From: Mantamonas sphyraenae STR306
Lineage: Eukaryota > Protista > CRuMs
Direction: 5' to 3'
DNA: 64,000 nt
Assembly: GCA_026936335.1 (NCBI GenBank)
Contig: JAPMXV010000033.1
Coordinates: 62,001 to 126,000 of the forward strand
The translations under genes and the position numbers were made by a program. Positions 12,501 through 22,900 of the stretch are shown piece by piece. The notes beneath the pieces are model-generated. The model did no database searches and was not told where the DNA came from. It saw nothing but the letters and a program-made list of their open reading frames with translations. Numbering within the stretch: the first letter of the stretch is position 1; every line of letters starts with the position of its first letter.

Positions 12501-14037
12501 GCCTCTCTGCCTGTTCCGCCATCAACGCCATCAGCAGTTCCACGGTCATGGCAACACGCACCTCTGCCTCCATCTGCTCAAGCACTGCGTTCTCCTCAAA
12601 GCCCACGTCCAACACCTGGTTCAACAGCGCCACATATGGAAACAGCCTGTTCAGGTGCTCATCATGGAAGCTCATAAACAGCGCGACCAGCGCGTCCTGC
12701 CGCGTTTGTCGCTCCCTGCGCATTGCCTCGCTGTCCCCTTTGGCCCCTTGGCCACCCGCTGCAATCTTTGCCAAAGCACTGCGTGCATCCGTGCCTTCTC
12801 CTCTTCCACTCTCCTCCTCCTCCCACTGCGATGTCGCAAAGTCGGCGCCTGCAAACTGCACCACCGCCGTTCCGCCGTAAACCACTCCGAGCTCGTCAGC
12901 CTCCGCCACAAGCACATCCTCTCCTCCCGCTGTCGTCTCTTCCTCCCGGCCCCACTCGTCTCCATACACCTCGTCACCCATGTCCAGTTCCAGCAACGCA
13001 TCCTCTGCCTCTTCGTCCAACAGTGCATCGTCCACCCATTCCTCCTCCTCGTCCTCCTCCACGCCCTCCTGCGTTTCATCCGCCCAATCCTCCCCTGTCG
13101 ATGCGTCCACAAGCACATTGTCCTCCTGCTCAATTGATTTGCGCGTTGTTACCGTCCCTGCTCGTCCTCCAAACAGCAGGGTGTCAAACACGTCCTGGAA
13201 TGCCGCAAACGCCTCTCCCTGTCGCACCTCGTTGGGAGCACGTGCACCCCCTTCCAACCACATGAGCCCATTGGCGATGGACTCGCTCCTCGCACGTGCC
13301 TCCTTGCACACGCTGCGCTTGCCCAGGCCGTCTGCCCCTTCCAGAACCAGCATCAGGTTGGTTTGGCCCTCCACCAGCCGCTCCACACACCCAACCAGCA
13401 CCTCCACCTCTGCTTCCCGTCCATACAAACGCCCTGTCTCCTCGTAAACGCTCTCCTTCTCCTCCAAATAGTCTCGGTACGCTTCGTACATCGCCTCATG
13501 CTCGGGTATCTCGCCAGCACCGTCCACCTCCTCCCACACCTCCTCCTCTTCCACCAGCTCCACGTTGCTTCCTGCCTCTCTCTGTGCTTTCATCCTCCGC
13601 CCGGCCTTGCGTGGCCCTTCCTCTGCGTCATCCGAGTCCGAGTCGCTGTCCCCCACCATATGAAGCTCCTCCTGCGCCTCGGGGTGAGTGTAGCGATGTT
13701 GAATCAGCGTGCTGCTAAACCCGTCACCTGCGTCCTCCCACACTTCCATGTCCTCCTCGTCCACGTCTTCCCACACCTCGGTGTCTTCCACCTGCGCCTG
13801 CGTCCTTGATCCCGTCGTCGTCTGTCCTCCGTCCACAAAGTCGCCCAGGTCCGTGTCTCCCAGCTTCGTCAGCCAGTCTCGATCACGCCTCAACGCTCGC
13901 TCCGCCGCCGCCTGCTGTGCATGCATCGCCGACTTGAGTGCATTCGCCTGTCGTAGCGCTTCCTGTGTGCGCTGCGTTTTCCCTCCTCCCGTTTCGTTTT
14001 CCTCCTCCTCGTCATGCTCGTCGTCGAAACGCAACAT
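9547..14037 (-). CDS. STAND-class (AAA_16, soluble adenylyl cyclase-type) P-loop NTPase-like protein with acidic N-terminus and TPR-like helical C-terminus
   Basis: LYGREAE, Walker A-like LEGADGLGKR, Walker B region VLVMHNIQWMDEAS, GSPL motif, AFVHHRLRD and LAHHWW winged-helix-region motifs. First ATG at 14037 (MLRFDD). Confidence 0.72.
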   Translation of the reverse strand: MLRFDDEHDEEEENETGGGKTQRTQEALRQANALKSAMHAQQAAAERALRRDRDWLTKLGDTDLGDFVDGGQTTTGSRTQAQVEDTEVWEDVDEEDMEVWEDAGDGFSSTLIQHRYTHPEAQEELHMVGDSDSDSDDAEEGPRKAGRRMKAQREAGSNVELVEEEEVWEEVDGAGEIPEHEAMYEAYRDYLEEKESVYEETGRLYGREAEVEVLVGCVERLVEGQTNLMLVLEGADGLGKRSVCKEARARSESIANGLMWLEGGARAPNEVRQGEAFAAFQDVFDTLLFGGRAGTVTTRKSIEQEDNVLVDASTGEDWADETQEGVEEDEEEEWVDDALLDEEAEDALLELDMGDEVYGDEWGREEETTAGGEDVLVAEADELGVVYGGTAVVQFAGADFATSQWEEEESGRGEGTDARSALAKIAAGGQGAKGDSEAMRRERQTRQDALVALFMSFHDEHLNRLFPYVALLNQVLDVGFEENAVLEQMEAEVRVAMTVELLMALMAEQAERQHTVLVMHNIQWMDEASMGLLRAIAQKVPAMLVVASMLPNRGEQWQQEVAGARECMFAKLSTLSGEEAHEMLHSQCHMQLRLHSDVGAQLEGLAQGSPLHLTQLRLWLRQQIRFGAICGDVLSGSDASEEGVAEVSGMRTEGVPGSLTALLEQRMSEPLLHASTRYVLQLMAVMGMQTSFRQLAWTYILSRSGPDAPQPHPEPAALRSVLSVHVRVLCRMGILELVEEAKGEADATVGDLSDGSRVAFVHHRLRDVCVAQTDAETTRMMHACAACFYEEAYAGELAVQALPTQRELGRTVPRALRPLRLWLGRLAHHWWRHDTLCVPAVRYMELAAMQAVHMNQVARAATLWSELVNATEAKTLEEQVKDPALKEFVQQRRACWYGLLADCYVDTREMTYAEIMYREALVQAKANDKLVLTTLYSLGSSIADIGKSTTSWFGGFGGGSSSSSSSSSSSSSESSQAQGNTVADFDQVALSPTQSTYNGRRTGSQAIDGELDTRAVLRAMATASAEVGLAQTWRMQYRSQGTVRTAVEALESAVKELQRNKAPLCGVMVRAMAELVLLECSSSSNGGVSKAQGWSKRMLAVLDAVAKHADDAFWSTAGRKAVYEVWPVSNSLRAYAYACSGYQQLSNGEAHSAVVLLNDARQLADANRNDRLWATVSLLLGLLKQWNGAEEESTLLLRSVMRRCAGTSHKHAGDAAILRTRRHMERDAMVRMVAVLQLRNLILASRMDEALALLDLLKGTCDEPSTREHALEGWLTDVVLSDTCFVANTHACSAYVHLYRGEYKLALQECARAMAALARRTEALSLLDMHAYHMVCETLVRTMERKSVRVQALMQSGEKAERRQALANQILVIKKELGAVLRAVQELSDQFRMASLVAILWRQVAQAVLSRSTQFSGANTRTERATEVLVSLQQAQTELEALGLYADYEMAVLRWEIGRQMERCGVAGADMQMAEARDVFALKLGNEWMVDKVDRG

Positions 14038-14081
14038 CGTTTGTTGTGTTGGCGCTGGGGCCCACAGTGCTGTGCATTCGC

Positions 14082-16462
14082 CTACAACAGTACACACGCC
14101 TCACAACACTCTCCCTCTTGCTCCTGCTGCTTGCGCTGTCCACCCAGCAAGGGTCGCTTCATGCTGTTTCCTGCGTCGTCGTCATCCTCAGTGTGCGTCA
14201 CAACCTCGCCAATGTGTCGCAGGGCTGCTTCCGCCTGGTATGCGCCCTGGTACTGTCCTGGAGTGATGGGCGATGCTGCCGGCGATCCAGCGCCGTGACT
14301 CGACACACGCACTGGTGTGCTGCTGCTGCTGCTGCTGCTGCTCTTTTCGGTATCGGCCGCCGCCTGTCCTGCAAACACCTCCAGCGCCGTCGGCTGCAGC
14401 TTCATCAGTTCATGAAACTCTGAAAAGTCAAGGTGTCCGTTGCTGTCCATGTCCATGTTTACAAACAGCTTCTGGGCATACTCCTGGGTCATCTGCTCGC
14501 GTTGTTCGCGTTCCGTTTCGTCCTCACCAGGCACGTGCAAGCCAAGTCGGTGCACACACTGCATCAGCGTCACAAATTCTCCATCTCCAAGGTCTCACTG
14601 TTGTCCTGGTCAAACGTCCGGAACAGCGCCTCCAGCTTCTCTTCGCTGTCCCCTCGCACAAACAGCGACAGGCCCGTCATCAGCTCCCGGAACGTCACCA
14701 CCCCGTCCCCGTTGGCATCAAATGCGTTCCACAGTGCGTGCATCAGTGTGTCGTTCCCGTCGCCGTGGTCGCTCCACTCTGGCCGCACGCTTGTCAGCAC
14801 ACTGGCAAATTGCTCGTACACGACGCCCTTCTCCTCTTCATCTTCCTCCTCGTCCTCCTCGTCCTCCTCGTCCTCCTCGTCCTCCTCGTCCTCTTCATCC
14901 TCCTCGTCTTCCTCGTCCTCCTCTTTCTTCCCTTTCTTGTTTCGCTTCTTGCTCGCGCACAGCGCGTCAAAGTCGTCGTGCAGCAGCATGAGTTCGTCGC
15001 GCGTAAAGTGAGTGCGTCGCTGCAGCTGCAACACCTGGCGGCGCACGCTAAGTGCACTCGACTGCTGTTTGATGCGGTGCATGTGATCCCTGAGCGCATG
15101 TGCCTCCTGCGCGTGGTCCAGCTCAAATCCGTACATCGCATCCACAAACGCCTGTCCGTCGTGCCACACCACCTGTTGACTGCGCAGAATGCCCAGCATC
15201 TCGCCCGACGTTTGGCATTCCTCCAGTGCCGGAGCAACCGTCGACAGAGTGGCCAGACACGCTCGCAGCAGTGCATCTTGCCCGTCGACAAACACACAGT
15301 CCCACACGCGAGCCACCGTCGTTGGGGGCAGTGTAGTCGTCATCACACACAGCATCCAGGGTGTGGCCAACACCTCCATCAGCACACCCAGCGACTGCAT
15401 TTTCCTGTGGAGCGTCGGCAGGTGTTGTGCCACCAGTTCATCCAGGCGAGCAAGCATGGCTTGGCATTTGGTCAGCGAACGCGCGTACAGGTGGCTCAGC
15501 TTGTGGTGACACAGTGCGTTCATCATCCAGAATGTGTTTTCCTCCACCACCTGCGGCTTGTCGCGGAACTGCGGGTCATGGCTCAGCACCAACAAGAAGA
15601 ACCCCGCCACAAAGTTCATGCTCTGTGCATAGCCCTCGCGCACATGTTGCACACTCAATGCTTGCAACACACGCTGCAGTGCTTGCACCTGCCACGACTC
15701 GCTGTCTGCAAACGCATCCACCTCGGGGAAGGTGCGCAGAAGGTCCCGCATGATCACTTCGTTGTCCGCGCACTGCTTGCTCGCACGCGCACGCAGCATG
15801 GCGTACGATTCGCCGTACTTTTCCGCATCCATCTGCAGGCGACTCACCCCAAGCGTTTGCATCCATACACGCACCCTGTGTGTTCCGCTCATGCTCCCAC
15901 GGATGCGCTCGTGCAGTTCCCCGTGTGCAGCCCACCCCGACGCGCGCCAAAACGCCTCCTCGCCTGCCTGTGCCTCTCGCTGGTACTGTGCTTCCACCAG
16001 CGAGTAGCTCTGTGTGTCCAATGGCAGCGCAAACCCAAAGTTCAGCTCGTCCGGGGGTGCCCCCTGCGGTGTGCGCGGCGGCGTCGACACAAAACTCGAC
16101 ACGTTGCTCGCATCGTTCTCCGCCACCTGCAGATGCGACACATTCGTCTTCACCAGCAGCTTTGCCTCTCCTCCCGATTGCTTCTTCTTGTTCTTCTTCT
16201 TGCCCATGGTGCCCACCTGTCCTGCAGGCGTCTCGGGTGTCTGTGGCGCCTCTGCTGGCGGGCCGTCCACGCTCAGCACGGAATTGTCCACCAGTTCCTC
16301 CCACTCCGTGTCACTCGGCGTGCTCGGCAGGAAACTCGACTCATCTTGAACCGACGTACGACTCGTGTCTCCACCACCTGTGCCGTTTCGCTCGGGTGTC
16401 GACGACGATGTCGGCCCACTCGAGGCAATCGACGCGCTGCTAGTGTCGTTCGTGCTGCTCAT
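14082..16462 (-). CDS. TBC-domain RabGAP with C-terminal EF-hands and CaaX box; apparent missing base at ~14581
   Basis: IMRDLLRTFP (Arg finger) and YAQSMNF (Gln finger). EF-hands DANGDGVVTFRE, DQDNSETLEM[G]E and DMDSNGHLDFSE. Ends CCEACVLL*. An alternative in-frame ATG lies at 16543. Confidence 0.85.
14836..14921. repeat. (TCCTCCTCG)n-type trinucleotide-derived repeat encoding a poly-(EED) tract in the TBC protein
   Basis: Tandem repeats are directly visible and translate to EEDEEDEED on the minus strand. Confidence 0.85.
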
Positions 16463-16539
16463 AGGCGTGGCCACACCGGCGCCCACTTCCGACGCTCGGC
16501 AAACCATACCAAGCCACCGTTGTCCAAAACATTGTGCGT

Positions 16540-19500
16540 TCATTGAGCGTGTTCGTCCACTGGGTGACCTCCAAACGACGACGAATCACTCGTCGATTTG
16601 CGCGGCGCCTTGTACGGTGAATCACTCTGCGTGCCCGTGCCCGTGCTCGTCTGCGTGTGTGTCCTGGACCCATCTCCACCTTGCTTGGCTGCCCAGTCCA
16701 CCGTCACGTGACGCATGTCCTCCTTGTCCGGCAGACGCTTGACACGAGCGTGTGATCTACGCTTGATGCGCAGGCGGAACACCTCATCGTACAGCGCCAC
16801 CACGAGGGGCACAAACACATAGGCAACCCACAGGGCCCATAGAGGCGCAGGAACATTGCCCAGGGTGTCCATTCCCACGCCAATGTTGCTCAGGCCTGCG
16901 ATGGCCGTGAACCAGCCGTTGATCACATGGACACGGTCCCGATCGACCACGGGTGCGTTGTGTTGCATCGGACCAGCACGAGAAGGCTGGGTCGCACGCA
17001 TGGGTTGCGCCAGACACAGCACCAAGATCACCACACCTGCAACCGAATGCACCCTGCTCAGGTGCACTCGCAGCGTCAATGCAATCACCACAATGCCTGC
17101 TACCACAAAGGCAAATCCCACCGCGTGCATGCGCATGTGCCACTTCACCGCACGTGGCGTGCTGCGCTTTCGCCGCGTAGCCACCTTTTTGTCTTTCAGA
17201 AACATGGCGTGGTAGCGCACCAGAAACGCAGACGGGAACACAAACAGACACCATCCAATGGCCATTAGGATGCCGTGGATCACGCGTCCGTCCACAGAGT
17301 CAAGTACGTCCCCTGTTTTCAGGTCGATCCTGACAAACTCCCTGTCCGTAGCCATGTGCTGCACAAAGTCGTCGGTTATGCCAAACGCCACAATGATCCC
17401 ATTGACGCCATTCTCTACGCTCTGATCCGTCGTCTCGTTTGCCTTGAGCGGGCGCCGGAAGCGGATCGACGTCGACGTGGCGGTCTGCGTCGCCGCTGTT
17501 TCCAGCAGCGAGAACCGTCCACCGGCCACTTCGTCCTTTGGAGGGCGTCAAGTAGCCCTTGCCCACATGGTCTTCCACGATGGCAGTGGCGGTGGTGTCG
17601 TCTACCCAGCCCACCACAATGTCTGCCTGCTGCATGCCATCGTCTGTCGGGTTGAATCCGATGCCAACCCATCCTTTGGTTGGACACGTCACAGACATGT
17701 CCAACACCGAGGTGTCGATGGCCCAGCGCAACGTGCAGCGTCCTTGCAGCACGCTTGCAGTCAACCGCAAGTCGGCGCCCGCGGCATCCAGACCCTTTGC
17801 ATTTGCACTCTCGGGCGTCAATGACGAATGATACAGGAAAGCATTGCGAGGCAGATTCCTAAGACCGGTGTTGCGTTGAATCACGGCGCTGAGGGTGCTG
17901 CTCTCGATAAACTCGCGTTCCGTGGCAGTGTACGTGTCCCCTTCGTACCAGAAGCGGTCTCCGTCACGCAGCACGGTGTACATGTGCTTGGTGGCCACGT
18001 GGAACAGTGAACCCAGCGAGCTTTCCTTTGTATAGTGTTTCTCTGCCAGTCCACCTGCATATGCATCGATGTCGGCGACGGATGTGTACAGGTTTTGCAG
18101 CGCCGAGATCATTGCCGGATCGTCTGTGATTTGATCCACTGTGCTCACAGGCGTCAACCCGTACGCCTGACGAAGCACGTTGTACGCAGGGATGCCGTGT
18201 TCGCGGCCCCTGTTTATGTTGAGCGCGGCAAGGTCGTGCCCGCCACCAAACCCCGGACGCCCAAACAGAAAGTTGCGCATGTCATCGATGAGAAAGGTGT
18301 CGACTTGGCCTTGCCTGTCCAGCATTGGTCCCAGCAGCAGGTCGTCGATGCCCCTGGACACTGCGTCTGGGTTGTAAAAGACATCGCGCAGCAGGTAGCC
18401 CGAATGAGTGGCAATCGTTCCCTCCTGGTTGAGTCTGGCCAGCCACGAGTTGATCTGCAGAAAGGTGAGTGTGAGTTTGAGTGTGAGTGTGAGAATGGGG
18501 CGGTACTATCCGCCGCGGGATCGTTTCAATCGACGACCGGCTACGCACCTCGCTGTGGCCGTAGCGGAACACGCTGGCACCCATGGCGTTTTCCATTCCA
18601 GCGTTCACGTTTGCCTTGTAGCCTGTGTAAGCAGGCAGGCGTTCGCCCAGAAGCACCGGAACGTATTCGTTGACGGTGATGGATTGCATGATGCCGATCA
18701 CGAGACGCCGTGCTTCCTGGTACAGTTGTTCGTCTCCCCAGGTGGGGTTTGCAGCAGCCAACACGTCACACAGACGGTTGTGCTCGCGCAGAAAGATCAC
18801 GTGCAGCGCTGTCAGCAGCGGATTCTCGTTTGCTCGGACGTCTCCAGCCACAAACACTGTGGGTATCACATGTGCCATGCGCCACGCGCCGGAGTGTCAG
18901 CCTCTATAGTGCAATTTTAATCCAACCATTACGGTCTGCACCGGAAACTTACGTTCTGTGTCTGGTTTGCGGCCTGGATTGTCGTTCGGCAGGCCAAAGG
19001 TGTTTCGAGGCAGCAGTTCACCAGCCACGGCATTTGTGGTGGACCGCAACTTGCCTCCTTGCAACGACCGCAAGGTGGCAGCTCTCGATTGCGTGTGGCC
19101 GTAGATGTGAGACGCGTCAATGTACGACGAAGCCTGGTTGAGTTGTTGCCGCGGCGAGCTCCCAGCCGCATACATGGTGCGGATCTGCGAGATTACGGAT
19201 GTGTTGGAACACAGAGGATCAAAGTACTGTGGGATTTGGGCGACCATTGCGTGCGTGTGGGGTCGTGTGTGAGCTGTTGGCGAAGCTGTTGAAGGACTCA
19301 GGCGCAAGCCTTCTTTTCCTTCTTCCCGACGTTTTCTCACCACTCCGGCGATCTATGGGCTGGCTTCTGTCATTGCATACCTCGTCACACACGGGAACGG
19401 GGATGTCACAACGCTCTGAAGAATTCATCGAAGCCAGAGTGATGTCGTGTGCCAAGAACTGGCCAAAAAAGGCGATCATTCTGTGTTGCGCGTCAGCTCT

Positions 19501-19845
19501 CCGGAGACAAATGGGTAGCCGTTTTTCCAGCCGCTCTCCCTGGTGCACTTACGTGGACTTGTCTGTGGCTGTGACGTATGAGTCTGTGGTGCCGCGGAGG
19601 ACAAAGAGCTCATTGCTTATGGTGCGTGGGTTGGGCAGGTTCTTTGTGGCGTTCCCTCGCGGTTCTGAGATTCCGTCGTCGTAAGCGACCTGCGGAACCT
19701 TGATGCGCACAAAGGGCGTGCCAGCCTGGCCCCAATCCGGGTTGGCTTGGTTGTTGCCGCTTCCGTCGATCGATCGGTACTCGGCATGGGCGAAGAGGGC
19801 GCACAGGAGCAGCACGACGACCAAAGGTCGACACTCGCTGATCAT
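16540..19845 (-). CDS. Heme peroxidase (peroxidase-cyclooxygenase family)-DOMON-cytochrome b561 fusion, paralog A; introns 19552-19481, 19380-19227, 18952-18857, 18548-18455; apparent extra base at ~17537-17539
   Basis: Signal peptide, [45 protein letters not shown] and [31 protein letters not shown] with a downstream His. Four b561 His (VIHG, KWHM, RVHS, RVHV). Confidence 0.88.
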
Positions 19846-19975
19846 GACACACGTGCAAGGAATGAATTGCGATAGGACTGTACAGGCGTGTGTGCAATGG
19901 CCGATGGCGTGTGTGTGTTTTGAGCGTTTGCTTGTCGTGCGTTTTGGCTGCGAGTGCGCGAGTGCGACCACAGCC

Positions 19976-22900
19976 ATGGCCAAGCGCAAGCGGGACGAAG
20001 CATTGGAAGACGATGCCTCGTCGCAAGCGGCGTCGACGGACAGCGCAGCACCCGAACGCAAACGTGCTGTGCCGTCGTCGCCTAAGAAGCAGCGCAAAAA
20101 GGCCGGTGCGGGGACGTCGGCAAACGGCGTGTCATCGGCTGGATCACCCAAAAAGCGACCGCCGAGCAGCGCCAGCAAACGAAGCAAGAGCAGCAGCAAG
20201 AGCAGCAGCAAGAGCAGCAGCAAGAACAGCAGCAAGGACAGCAAGAGCAGTAGCAAGAGTAGTACTCCTAAACGCAAGGGAAGCACCAGCAGCGGCGGGA
20301 GCACGAGCAAAGATGGCCAGAGCAAGCGCAAGGCGAGCGGGGGTAGCAGCAAGAACAAAAGCGCGCGAAACATCAAGTCGGGAAAAAGCGCGCCAAAGGT
20401 CGGGACGCCTAGTACACCGAAAGGCAAGGACGGCACGGAGAACAAGAGCAGCAACAAGAATGGAAGCAGCAAGAGTAAGTCCAAACCAAAGCCGAAGAGC
20501 AGCAAGAGCAGCAGCAAGAGCGGTAGCAAGGCCCGGAGCAGCGAGAGCAAGAACCGAAAGCGCAAGAAGCGCGACCGCAGCCGCGACCGCAAGAAGAAGA
20601 GCAGCAGCAGTGGCGACAATGACAACAACGGCCACGGGGGTGGCACTGGTGGACAGCAGGAGACCATTGTACACAGTGACGCCGGGCAACTGCTCGCCAA
20701 AACACTCCAGGAGCTGCGCAAGACACACGCGGCATCCAAGAGCTCCGGCATCCCTGCGTTTATCTCACCTGCACCAGCACAGCTGCGTCGCATGACGTCG
20801 TACTCGCAGCTGTCTTCGCAGGACAGCGTGGGTAGCGACTCGCCGCTGGCTCGAATCACACAGGGCAGCAACCTGTACGGAAGGAAACGGCGGCGCGGGC
20901 GTAGGGTGCGTCCCGTGGTGGAGGAACCTATGGTTGTGGCAGACACGTCTGTGCAGCTGCCCGACGACAATTCGGTGGCCGAGAGTGAGGCCGACGGCGC
21001 GGAAGCACACACGTCAGACGACGCCGACGGCCTGTCCGGACTCGGCCTGTACACAGGAGGTGACCACGCGCACAATCGACTCAAGGTGCGTGCCAAACCA
21101 CTGGACATTGAGCGTGCGCTGCCCATTGTCTTTACGGAGGAGCGGGAAGGAGAGTCACCGAGGCCTGTGCAAGCGTTTGGCTCGTTTGACGAGGCGACGG
21201 GCAACGTGCTGCCCGAACTCATGGACGGCACGCTTCAAAGTGTGGATTTGGAGGGCGAGTTGCAGTTTGTGAGCAGCGACATGCGCTTCCACCCACAGAT
21301 GCAAAAGACGGTCACGTCCAAGGTCAACCGTCAGACGATTCCCATTCCCAACGTGCACGTGAACAGCGAGTACGTGGCTCGTGGTGGCTTCCGCATGCCC
21401 AAACGGGGCTACATCAAAGACACCTTTGCGTACTCGGAGCGGGATATTGCTGAGAATGCGTACGATCTGGACAGCGACGACGAAGAATGGCGCAGCATGC
21501 ATACCTTTCCCGCCCAGGCGCTCGGCGACCATTGCGACACACACACGGAAATGCGCACACGCAGCGCCAAGATGAGTGCGGGTCAGAGTGGCCAAGGAGG
21601 ACGCGGCAAGCAGAAGGCGACCCCGGCACCCCTGTTTCCCATGAGTGCCAATGTGTTTGAACGCATAGTCTCGTTGCTGGAGAAACAAAACTACCAGCAA
21701 GCACTCAAGTTCAAGTGGCAGCGCTACGAAATGCTTGAGCTGATGCGTGTGGAAGCGGACAAGGCAAGGCTGCTGGCGGATACGGTGCGGCAGCGGGAAA
21801 AGAACAAGCGACGGGAGCTGGAAGTGCGTCGAGAGCTGTTTCTGCGTCAAGCGGTGGATATGGGTCTGGTGTCTGCGCGCGAGGAGCTGAAACGCATCGT
21901 GCGCAAGCGTGAGGAGATGCGCGTGCAACAGAGCAACTGGTCGCGCAAGCACAAGCGCTACATGGATCAGCACACAAAGGGCGCGCCTGAAGAGGTCTAC
22001 TTTCTTCCGCCCGAGAGTCTGATGATGATTGAAGCCACACCCGAGGCGACAGCAGACGGGAGCGGCCAGAAACGGGCCGAGGGTGGCGACGCTGGAGGCA
22101 GCGGCACAGCGGTGGCACAGACAAGGAGAGTGGCCACGGGGCGACACAGAGCAAGGTCGTGGTCAGCAGCAAGGGCAAGTCGATCCTGTCGCACGACGAA
22201 CACGGACGACCTGTAAAGGCATACCCGGACGATGCTTGCTGCATCTGCTACGGCACAGACACGCAGGTGAACGACAGGCTGGTGTACTGCAGCGAATGTG
22301 ACATTTGCGTGCACGAAACTTGCTACGGGGTGTCTCGGGAGGGGGATAGTGAGGCCGACTTTGTCTGCCAACGATGCGCCCAGGCGGGCAAAGACGCACA
22401 GGTGCAATGTGCGCTGTGTCCGGTGCCCTCGGGGGCGTTTAAACGTCTGGGGAAGGACAAGTGGGTGCACGTGGTGTGTGTGCTCTGGACACAGGGGATG
22501 AAGTTTGGCCGGCCAAGCAAGCTGGACCAGATCGGAGGCCTGCCTGGGGTAAGCAAGCGGGTGCTGAATAAGATGTGCTATCTGTGCGGACAGCAAACGG
22601 GTGCATGTCTGCGCTGTCAACGCTCTTCATGCAAGCGCATGTATCACGTGACGTGTGCGCTGCTCAACAAGTTTCATCTGAATCTGCCTCCGAAAAGCGG
22701 CAAGGTGTTCTTCAGTGAGGCGGACATGCGCAGCGGGGCGGTGCCGTGCCACTCGTTCTGCCACGAGCACGCCGTCAACTACACGGGCGACGTGTACACG
22801 GACGAACACAACGAGGTGGCTCTGTTTGTGGACACGCTGGACATGAGCAGCGGCGAGAACTGGAGGCGACGTCAGCGGCGTGTGCGCGACGCCCAACAGC

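Noticed and set aside
20170-20620. AGCAGCAAG tandem repeats as a possible array or mobile element
   Set aside because: Coding low-complexity SKSS repeats with no spacers, terminal repeats or transposase.
19846-21231. Leu-rich 560-aa minus ORF that looks like a membrane protein fused to the peroxidase
   Set aside because: The Leu runs are the antisense of AGC/AAG (Ser/Lys) repeats in the PHD gene; only the last ~98 codons, from ATG 19845, belong to the peroxidase.
22083-22120. Possible 38-nt intron explaining the first PHD-gene frameshift
   Set aside because: It would restore the frame, but the GTGGCG donor is weak, no branch motif is visible and it is about half the size of the smallest other intron; a single-base deletion is simpler. 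Not fully excluded.
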